Positions 34,737 through 42,549 of a stretch of DNA of 64,000 bases are shown piece by piece. Every line of letters begins with the position of its first letter. Position 1 is the first letter of the stretch. A program made the translations under genes and the position numbers. The notes under the pieces are model-generated. The model did no database searches and was not told the origin of the DNA. It saw nothing but the letters and a program-made list of their open reading frames with translations. Source of the DNA: Thermoleophilia bacterium (GTDB lineage: Bacteria > Actinomycetota > Thermoleophilia > Solirubrobacterales > 70-9); contig JAENWT010000007.1 in assembly GCA_016650125.1 (NCBI GenBank), positions 32,297-96,296 of the forward strand. Direction: 5' to 3'.

Positions 34737-35885
34737 GTGCCCGTCTTCGACGGATACCGGGCATTTGCGATCTTCGGAATCGTGGCGCTTCACCTGATTG
34801 GCATCGCACCGGTCCCCGAGGGCATCGTCTACGGGGTCGGCCACCTGAAGACCGCCACCCTGGCACAGCTCGTCGACATGCTGTTCATCGTCAGCGGTTT
34901 CGTCGTCTTCCTGCCGACCGCGAGCCGTGGCGAGTTCGGCGACGTCGGCAAGTACGCGATCCGCCGGGCGGCGAGGCTCCTGCCCGCCTTCTACCTGATT
35001 CTGATCCTGGCCTACGCGATCATCAGGTACAACGTGACACCCGAAAGCATCGCCGTGCACGCAATCGGGTTCCAGACGATCCTCAGCTACTTCCCCGGGC
35101 ACGGCGGGATCGGCTTCGGGGTGATCGCCCCGGTCTGGACGCTTACCGTGGAGATTTCGTTCTACATAGTGCTGCCGTTCGTCGCGATGGCCTTCTACCG
35201 GCGACCGCGCGCCGGCCTGCTGGTGGCCGCGATTGTGACGCTCATCTGGATCCAGGCGAGCTTTCATGCCGGCTTCCTCGCGGACCTCTTCGGACTGAAC
35301 GAGTCCACCGCCTGGGCGGACCGCGTGAGAGCCGCGTCAGGGACCCAGCTCCCGTTCTGGGCCTACTCCTTCGCGCTCGGCATGATCGGTGCCCGGATCT
35401 ACGTGGCGGTTCGGGAAAAATGGCCGCAGGATCTGATCGACCGGCGCGCTCCCCGGCTGTTGCTCGCCGGGCTGGTCGCACTCATCCTCTGCAGTGTCCT
35501 GATCTACTTCTCGCCGCAGCCCGCGGACAACACGACCCTCCTCTTCCGGGTCAGGTCGTCACCGCTGGTCGCGATCGGCTACTCGACCAGCCTGGCCGTC
35601 TTCATGGTGGCCCTGGCCTTCTGCTCCCACCGGCTTCAGTGGTTCTTCGCTAATCGCGGCATCCGCTGGCTGGCCGAGATCAGCTACGGCGTATACCTCT
35701 CGCACGCCGTGATCATGTACGCCGCGGTCTGGTTCTGGGGGTTCGGATTCCCGGTCGACTTCCGGGAGTTCATGAACTACGCACTCTTCGTCGTCGTGGC
35801 ATCGATCGCCTACGGGTACTTCACGGCCCGGTACTTCGAGCAGCCGATCCGGCGATACGCGCAGCGTTTCGGCCGGCGGGCCTAG
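34737..35885 (+). CDS. acyltransferase family 3 (membrane O-acyltransferase, OafA/YrhL type)
   Basis: 382 aa and polytopic. N-terminal PVFDGYRAFAIFGIVALHL and the late ISYGVYLSH motif. Confidence 0.8.
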   Translation: MPVFDGYRAFAIFGIVALHLIGIAPVPEGIVYGVGHLKTATLAQLVDMLFIVSGFVVFLPTASRGEFGDVGKYAIRRAARLLPAFYLILILAYAIIRYNVTPESIAVHAIGFQTILSYFPGHGGIGFGVIAPVWTLTVEISFYIVLPFVAMAFYRRPRAGLLVAAIVTLIWIQASFHAGFLADLFGLNESTAWADRVRAASGTQLPFWAYSFALGMIGARIYVAVREKWPQDLIDRRAPRLLLAGLVALILCSVLIYFSPQPADNTTLLFRVRSSPLVAIGYSTSLAVFMVALAFCSHRLQWFFANRGIRWLAEISYGVYLSHAVIMYAAVWFWGFGFPVDFREFMNYALFVVVASIAYGYFTARYFEQPIRRYAQRFGRRA

Positions 35886-35894
35886 CCGCCGGGA

Positions 35895-36890
35895 TCAGAC
35901 CTTGTCTTCGACCGGCTCGGCCGGGACGGCTTCTTCTACCGGGGCCGGGTCGAGCACCCTGTCGATCCGCCCGCGCTCGAGGCCGGCGCCGGCGATCTCG
36001 CGCCGGGTCAGCACCTGCATCTGGGCCAGGAGGCCGAGCGTCAGGAGCTGGACCCCGACCACGATCAGCAGCACGCCGAGGAAGAGCAGGGGGCGCTCGC
36101 CGATCGCTTCGCCGCCGATCTTGACGATCGTCAGGTAGAGGCAGATCAGGAGGCCGACGAAGGTCATTCCGGCACCGGCGCCACCGAACAGGTGGAGCGG
36201 GCGGAACTGGTAGCGGGCGAGGAAGACGACGGTGACCAGGTCGAGGGCACCGCGCAGGTAGCGCTCGAGGCCGAACCTGGACTTGCCGAACTCGCGTGCG
36301 CGGTGGTTGACCGGCACCTCGGTCACGGTCCAGCCCTGCTGGACCGCCAGCGCCGGCATGAAGCGGTGCATCTCGCCGTAAACGTCGATCGAGCGGGCGC
36401 ATTCGCCGCGATAGGCCTTGAAACCACAGTTCATGTCGTGCATGTGGACGCCGGTGGCCCGGGTGGTGAACCAGTTGAAGGCCTTCGAAGCAAGACGCCG
36501 GGAAGCCGGGTCCTGCCGGTCCCGCTTCCAGCCGGAGACCAGGTCGAAGCCTTCTTTCAGTTTGTCCAGCAGCAACGGGATGTCGGCCGGATCGTCCTGG
36601 CCGTCGCCGTCGATCGTGATCACGGTGTCAGCATCGGTCGCGTCGAAGCCGACCGAAAGCGCCGAAGACTTGCCGAAGTTCCGACGCAGGCGGATCGCCC
36701 AGATCCGGTCGTTGGTGATCGCCAGGCTTTCGACCTTTTCGAAGGTCTGGTCGGTCGAGCCGTCGTCGATGACCAGCATTTCCCATTCGATCGCCGGCTC
36801 GATCCTGCCGCAGGCCTCGTCAATCTCGTTGATCAGGCCGGGCAGGGCCTCGCGCTCGTTCAGCGCCGGGATGATCACCGCGAGGTCCAT
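35895..36890 (-). CDS. GT2 polyprenyl-phosphate sugar synthase (GtrB/ArnC type, with two C-terminal TM helices)
   Basis: 331 aa. LAVIIPALNE and LVIDDGSTDQT motifs, plus a C-terminal double TM. Its start overlaps the upstream stop by 1 nt (TGATG). Confidence 0.85.
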   Translation of the reverse strand: MDLAVIIPALNEREALPGLINEIDEACGRIEPAIEWEMLVIDDGSTDQTFEKVESLAITNDRIWAIRLRRNFGKSSALSVGFDATDADTVITIDGDGQDDPADIPLLLDKLKEGFDLVSGWKRDRQDPASRRLASKAFNWFTTRATGVHMHDMNCGFKAYRGECARSIDVYGEMHRFMPALAVQQGWTVTEVPVNHRAREFGKSRFGLERYLRGALDLVTVVFLARYQFRPLHLFGGAGAGMTFVGLLICLYLTIVKIGGEAIGERPLLFLGVLLIVVGVQLLTLGLLAQMQVLTRREIAGAGLERGRIDRVLDPAPVEEAVPAEPVEDKV

Positions 36891-38614
36891 CAGCTGACCG
36901 GGCAGACCAGCAGCGGATTCGCCGGCACCGAGACCTGCCAGGGGGTCGAGTTGATGTCTTTGGGGATAATCAGGTTCATCGGGACTCCGGGCTGGAGTTC
37001 ACCGACGTTAATCGAGAAGTCGTCACCGAAGCGGCGCAGCTTGACCGTGCCACCGGTCTTGCTTTCCAGGGCGGCGCCGCCACGGGGCATGTCCGCGATC
37101 GCTTCGTCCTCGACCCCGAACTCTTCTTTGCACTCCGACTTGACCGGTGGCGCTTCGACCGGAAGCAGGACGAAGCCAAAGGCCGCGGACATGATCGCGT
37201 CGACCTGGGCCCGGGTCGCCGGAGGGGCCGCCTCGAGTTCGTCCTCGGTCAGGCCGAGACCGCCGTATTTCTGTTCGGCCGAGCCGACGATCGAGATCGG
37301 CGGTTCCGAGACGAGGTCGGCCAGCGGTATCGCGTCGGGTCCGGGCAGGTACAGCCCGGCAGAATTGAGCAGGCTGGCCGCGGTCACCTCGGTCTGGATT
37401 GCGGGAGTTCGATCCCGCAACGCGTTGCCGCTGCTCTTGATGATCACGGCGTTCGTGGCAAATCCGGTGAGCGCGACCAGCCAGATCGAGATGAACGCGC
37501 TGCGTGTGATCCGCAGGCCACGCGCCGCCTCGATCATGATCAGCAGCACCACGAAGACGCCGGGATACAGGTAGCGGGAGGTGCCCGGCTCGCGTACGTC
37601 CGGGATCCAGCTGAGGACCTGTGAGGCGAACATGGCGACCGCGATCACGATCGCGACCCAGAACCACGACGTGAGCCGGCCCCGGCTGATGCGCCAGCCG
37701 ACCGCAACCACGAAAATCAAGGCCAGGGCCGGACCGGCCATTTCCCCGGGCGGCAGCCAGCCGTTGCTGGTGAAGTTGTAGTGGACCCCGGTGAGCGCGC
37801 TGAGGATGCCACTGAGCGACTGGAACGTCCAGGCCGGCAGCAGCGCGATGTTGGCCGGCTCGATCCCGCCCCGGGTGATGTCAATGTCTGCGGTCTGCAC
37901 CCAGAGGCGCCAGCCCAGGTAGATCAGGATAGGGACCGCCACCACCCAGATCCGCTTCCAACGATCGCGGGAAATCAGGACAACGGCGACCGCACCCACC
38001 AGGAAGGGCAGCGCCACGGTGTAAGTGAGCACGCCGAGGCAGAGCGCCAGGCAGGCGACCACGTCTCCCGCGGTCGTTTCGCGATCCAGGCTGATCAGGG
38101 CGAGCATGCCGCAGGCGATCGACAACATGATCGTGAAGCCGTTGCCCTGGAGGATGTGGCCGGTGTCGGATCCGAAGAACAGCAGGACGAGGCAGGGTGC
38201 CAGTGCGATCCACGGTCCGACCCGCTTTCGCGCGTAGACGAAGAGCAGGCCGACCGAGAGGAAGACCGTCAGCAGGGTCAGCAGGCGGAAGACCACGTAG
38301 TTGGTCCCGATCGTTTCCAGCACGAACTTGTAGAGCAGGTGGGAGATCACGACCAGGTGGCCGGAATGTGGCTCGAAGGCGACCTTCAGGTCCATGCTCG
38401 GGCTGAAGGCGACCCAGGTCATCTCGTCTCCGCTGAAGGTGGTTCCGCGGGTCGCCCAGAGGCAATAGACGAGCGAGACGAGCATGGCGAAACCGAGCAA
38501 CGCCGCGGCGATCCGGGGATTCGCCCTGCCTTCGACCATCGGGTCGATCCAGCGCTTCATGTACGGGCGCAGCATCTCGCTGACGTCCTTTTCCGTCTCC
38601 CGGGGCTCAGGCAT
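36890..38614 (-). CDS. polytopic GT-C-like membrane protein, paralog A
   Basis: About 574 aa (start at M13 of the track ORF; alternatives at 38650 and 38575). First-loop motif TTFSGDEMTWVA, about 10 or more TM helices, and a C-terminal extracytoplasmic domain. Clear paralog of the next gene. Confidence 0.65.
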   Translation of the reverse strand: MPEPRETEKDVSEMLRPYMKRWIDPMVEGRANPRIAAALLGFAMLVSLVYCLWATRGTTFSGDEMTWVAFSPSMDLKVAFEPHSGHLVVISHLLYKFVLETIGTNYVVFRLLTLLTVFLSVGLLFVYARKRVGPWIALAPCLVLLFFGSDTGHILQGNGFTIMLSIACGMLALISLDRETTAGDVVACLALCLGVLTYTVALPFLVGAVAVVLISRDRWKRIWVVAVPILIYLGWRLWVQTADIDITRGGIEPANIALLPAWTFQSLSGILSALTGVHYNFTSNGWLPPGEMAGPALALIFVVAVGWRISRGRLTSWFWVAIVIAVAMFASQVLSWIPDVREPGTSRYLYPGVFVVLLIMIEAARGLRITRSAFISIWLVALTGFATNAVIIKSSGNALRDRTPAIQTEVTAASLLNSAGLYLPGPDAIPLADLVSEPPISIVGSAEQKYGGLGLTEDELEAAPPATRAQVDAIMSAAFGFVLLPVEAPPVKSECKEEFGVEDEAIADMPRGGAALESKTGGTVKLRRFGDDFSINVGELQPGVPMNLIIPKDINSTPWQVSVPANPLLVCPVS

Positions 38615-40331
38615 CCCTACAGACTTCCAGTTTCGGCGTGGCCACCGCAATCTTCCATGGCTGCGGGGCTGAATCCTCCGGGAGCGTGAGCGAAGCGGGG
38701 ACCCCGGGCTTCAGGGTTCCGACCCCGACCCCCGCCGAGTCGGCAAACCGGCCGAGCTTGACCGTTCCACCAACCGGAGAGCGGAAAGTCACGTAGCGGG
38801 GACCGGTCTCGGCCCGGACCACGCCGTCTGGACCGGCCGCGTAGACCCTGCATTTCGCAGTCGACGAAGCGGGGCCGAACGAATAGAGCTTGATGCCGGA
38901 AGCCTTAATGCCGACGAGGTCGATCGATGCGCGACGAGCGGCGGGCTGTTCCGCGAGTTCGTCCGGGCTATATCCGAAGTCTCCGTAGTCCAGACGGGCC
39001 ATGCCGGCCAGGGCTCCGATCGAACTCCCGGTGACCGAATCCCCGAGGTCCTCGCCGGTGGCGATGCGGGGTCTGCCCTGGATCGCGAGTTCCATCGCCC
39101 CGGTGAGCGAGCGAACTTCGTAACCGGACTCGCGCACATAGGCCGAGTTGTCCTTCATCAGCATCAGGTTGGTGGCGAGGCCGCAGGCCGTCACCAGGAG
39201 AATCGCTACCAGTCCACGCGGAGACGGCCGCCAGGAGCGGGCCAGCTCGTAGGCGATGAGAATGACCACCACGGCACCGGGGTAGAGGTATCGCGAATCG
39301 GCCCCGGGGATCCGGGCACCGCTGCCATCTGATGCAACCGCCTGAAGAGCAAAGAGTGAGAGGGTCACGACCAGCGTGGCAAGTAGCGCCCGGCCCAGCC
39401 CGTAGCGGGAAATCTTCCAGCCGATCAGCACGATGAAGAGGATCGCCAGCGGCGGCCCGGCCAGCTCGACCGGGGCGGTGGTGTTGCCACCGGAGAAGGC
39501 GAAGCTGAGCCCGGTCAGGGAGTTGAGAATTCCGCAGAGCGACTGGAAGCTCCACGCGGGGATCAGCAGCAGATTGGTCGCGTCGAAACCGCCACCGGCA
39601 CCGCTGACGTCGGCGGTCACCAGCCAGACTCGCCACAGGCAGTAGATCGCGGCCGGTACGAGCGGAATCCAGATCCGCCTCCAACGGTCCTTGCGGATCA
39701 GGACGAGCACCCCGATGGCGACCACGAAAGGCAGGATCGTGCTGTAGGCGAAGACCCCAATCGTCAACCAGAGACAGGCCAGCAGATCACCTCGGCGATC
39801 TTCCCGCTCGAGGCAGAGTAGCGAGGCGATACCCAGGGCCAGCGAGATCATCACCGTGAATCCGTTGCCCTGGAAGAGGTGGAGGAAGTCGGCGCCGAAA
39901 AAGAGCAGGACGACGCAGGGCGCCACGGCGACGAAGTGGTCGGTGCGGCGGCGTCCGTAGGCGAAGAGCAGCCAGACGGTGAGCAGGACGGCTCCGATCG
40001 CGAGCAGCCGGAACGGCAGGTAGGCGGTCCCGAAGACCTCGAGGATCGGCCAGTAGACGACCCGTGTCAGCGCCAGCAGGTGGCCACCGTGAGGGGTGAA
40101 GATCGTCCGCAGGTCGATGTCAGGGGTCGAGGCGACCCAGGTCGATTCGTCGCCGGAGAAGGTCGTGCCCCGGCCGAAGTAGAGGATCAGCGCCACCGAG
40201 ACAGCGGAAGCGACCGCGAGGATCACGGTGGCGGTGCGGGGATCGTTCCGGTATCGCATCAGGCGCCGGTAGCGCTGGATCCGGCGCGCGCGGCGCCCGA
40301 GGTGGTCCTTCGCCTTTGCGATCGGGCTCAC
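38607..40331 (-). CDS. polytopic GT-C-like membrane protein, paralog B
   Basis: About 574 aa from the GTG at 40331 (alternative ATG at 40259). TTFSGDESTWVA motif. Collinear similarity to paralog A across the TM region. Confidence 0.65.
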   Translation of the reverse strand: MSPIAKAKDHLGRRARRIQRYRRLMRYRNDPRTATVILAVASAVSVALILYFGRGTTFSGDESTWVASTPDIDLRTIFTPHGGHLLALTRVVYWPILEVFGTAYLPFRLLAIGAVLLTVWLLFAYGRRRTDHFVAVAPCVVLLFFGADFLHLFQGNGFTVMISLALGIASLLCLEREDRRGDLLACLWLTIGVFAYSTILPFVVAIGVLVLIRKDRWRRIWIPLVPAAIYCLWRVWLVTADVSGAGGGFDATNLLLIPAWSFQSLCGILNSLTGLSFAFSGGNTTAPVELAGPPLAILFIVLIGWKISRYGLGRALLATLVVTLSLFALQAVASDGSGARIPGADSRYLYPGAVVVILIAYELARSWRPSPRGLVAILLVTACGLATNLMLMKDNSAYVRESGYEVRSLTGAMELAIQGRPRIATGEDLGDSVTGSSIGALAGMARLDYGDFGYSPDELAEQPAARRASIDLVGIKASGIKLYSFGPASSTAKCRVYAAGPDGVVRAETGPRYVTFRSPVGGTVKLGRFADSAGVGVGTLKPGVPASLTLPEDSAPQPWKIAVATPKLEVCRDA

Positions 40332-40338
40332 CGCCCGG

Positions 40339-41190
40339 TCACAGCTCCTCGGCGATGCGCGGCGCCTCCCGGTTGAAGACCCAGACGGCGAGCACACAGG
40401 TGACGATGTAGATCAGGATCGCGGGGACCAGGTGGAGCCAGCCGCCGGCCGCGGTGATCGCGCCGGGGGCTCCCGGATCGATGACCCAGTGCCGCGCCTG
40501 TTCGAAGATCGGGGTGAGCGGGTTGGCGAGGAGCCAGTCGACGTACTGCACCGGCACGATCTCCAGGGGATAGAGCACCGGGGTTGCGTAGAAGATCGCG
40601 GTCGCGAGGACTCCCCAGATGATGCCGACATCGCGGTAGCGCACATAGAGCGCGCTCAGCAGCATCGAAACCGCCAGCGTGAAGATGAACAGCGCGATGA
40701 CGATCAGCGGGAAGAGCAGCCAGGTCCAGGTGACGGCGACCCCGAAGGCGATGATGAAGATCACGACGGCGACCATGTTGGTGCCGAAGTTGAAGAGGCA
40801 GGTGATCACGGTCGCGAGCGGGATGACCAGGCGGGGGAAGTGGGTCTTCCGGACGACGCTCTCCTGGTTGACGACCGAGACGACCGAAGTCTGGGTTGCC
40901 TCCTGGAAGAAGGAGATCATCACGATGTTGAAGAGCAGCAGCACCGGGTAGAAGGCGACCTCCGAGCCGATCCGGAAGATCTTCGTGAAGACGAAAAGCA
41001 ACACGGCGAAGAGCATCAGCGGACGGGCGAGCGACCAGATGTAGCCGAGCGCGGTCCCGAAGTAGGTCTTCTTGAAGTCGTTGACCGCGATCAGGATCAG
41101 CAGGTCGAGGAATCGTTTCCGGCCACCGCCGAGGGCCGAGGGACCGACCACCTCGACCAGCTCCGGCACCTGCTTCGTCGGCTCACTCAC
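40339..41190 (-). CDS. wzm: ABC-2 type polysaccharide/teichoic-acid export permease
   Basis: 283 aa with 6 TM helices. The N-terminal FKKTYFGTALGYIWSLARPL pattern is typical of Wzm/TagG. 4-nt overlap with the ATPase gene. Confidence 0.85.
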   Translation of the reverse strand: MSEPTKQVPELVEVVGPSALGGGRKRFLDLLILIAVNDFKKTYFGTALGYIWSLARPLMLFAVLLFVFTKIFRIGSEVAFYPVLLLFNIVMISFFQEATQTSVVSVVNQESVVRKTHFPRLVIPLATVITCLFNFGTNMVAVVIFIIAFGVAVTWTWLLFPLIVIALFIFTLAVSMLLSALYVRYRDVGIIWGVLATAIFYATPVLYPLEIVPVQYVDWLLANPLTPIFEQARHWVIDPGAPGAITAAGGWLHLVPAILIYIVTCVLAVWVFNREAPRIAEEL

Positions 41191-42533
41191 TCGGTGTCTC
41201 CGGTCATCTTGATGCCGACTTCTTTGACCAGCCTTACCGCGCCCGAACTGTTTTCGGTTCCGAACACGACAAAGTCGAGCACCCGAACCACCTGCATGGC
41301 CATCTCGTTGTTGTTCTCGTTATGGAAGATCCGTCCACCGACGTAGTAGCGACCCGGGTTCAGCCGGTTGACCACGTCGGCCGAAACGGTGACCCGCTCC
41401 CCGGCCCCGAGCCGGGGCGGGACTCCGCTGACTTCCGACATCTTCTTGGTGATGGCGAAAACGTGGAAACCGACCTCGTCATAGACGAGGAAGTTGAAAA
41501 GCGGCTTCTCGATGTCGCGGATGGCTTCGACGACAAGGTTGATCCGGAAAGGAATGCCCTGCTCGACGTTGGTGATCCGGGTACCGACCTCGTCCTCGAT
41601 CCAGGCCTCCACGATGTGGGCATCGTCGCCCTCCTCGGAGGCGGCACCCGCGTGGAAGCCGGGCCGCTCATCCTCAACCCGGAAATTGGCCTTGAGGTAC
41701 CAATCGCTGACCTCCTCGGGGCTGCCGATGATCGAGACCTTGCCATCGTGGATCATCATCGCTCGATGACAAAACTTTTCGATCGAATTCATGTCGTGAG
41801 TAACCAGAACGATCGTCTTGCCCGCCTCACGCATCTCGTAGAAGACGTCCTCGCACTTCTGGGCGAAGGAGGCGTCACCGACGGCCAGCACCTCGTCGAT
41901 CAGCATGATGTCGGCCTCGGCCTCGACCAGGACCGAGAAGGCGAGGCGGACCATCATTCCCGACGAGTAGTTCTTCAGCTTGAGCTCGGCAAACTCCTCG
42001 AGGCCGGCGAAATCGATAACCGATTGAACCTTGGAAGTGGCCTCCCGCCGCGAGAGGCCCATCATCACCGCGTTCAGCACGACGTTGTCGTAGGCAGTCA
42101 TCTCGGGGTTGAAACCGACCCCGAGCTCAATGAAAGGCGCGACCCGCCCGGCCGTCCGAATCGTTCCCCGGTCGGCCTTGTAGATCGAGCCGAGAATCTT
42201 CAGCAGCGTCGACTTGCCCGAGCCGTTGAGCCCGACGATGCCGAAGAACTCACCGTGGTGAACGTCGAAGCTGATGTCGTTGAGCGCCCTGAGCTCACGA
42301 TACGGATTGCGGCGAAAGGGATGGACCGCCCGTTCCTTGATCGAATCGACCCTGTTCTCGGGGATCCGGAAAGTCTTGTCAACGTTGCGGACCTCGACCA
42401 CGACCGGTCCAGATTCGATCCGGGCGGCGATGTCTTCGGCTTGCGTGTTGGTGGCGGTTTCGGTGGGTGTCAAAGTCTGGGTCAGGCGGGCTGAGAGCGA
42501 ATAGGAGGCTACTCGACGGACCCCGGTTCCCAC
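41187..42533 (-). CDS. wzt: polysaccharide ABC exporter ATPase with C-terminal Wzt-type substrate-binding domain
   Basis: 448 aa with a GTG start. Walker A GLNGSGKSTLLK, signature YSSGMMVRL, Walker B MLIDEVLAVGD, plus an extra ~150-aa beta-rich C-terminal domain. Confidence 0.85.
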   Translation of the reverse strand: MGTGVRRVASYSLSARLTQTLTPTETATNTQAEDIAARIESGPVVVEVRNVDKTFRIPENRVDSIKERAVHPFRRNPYRELRALNDISFDVHHGEFFGIVGLNGSGKSTLLKILGSIYKADRGTIRTAGRVAPFIELGVGFNPEMTAYDNVVLNAVMMGLSRREATSKVQSVIDFAGLEEFAELKLKNYSSGMMVRLAFSVLVEAEADIMLIDEVLAVGDASFAQKCEDVFYEMREAGKTIVLVTHDMNSIEKFCHRAMMIHDGKVSIIGSPEEVSDWYLKANFRVEDERPGFHAGAASEEGDDAHIVEAWIEDEVGTRITNVEQGIPFRINLVVEAIRDIEKPLFNFLVYDEVGFHVFAITKKMSEVSGVPPRLGAGERVTVSADVVNRLNPGRYYVGGRIFHNENNNEMAMQVVRVLDFVVFGTENSSGAVRLVKEVGIKMTGDTE

Positions 42534-42549
42534 CTACCCCTAGGGCGGA

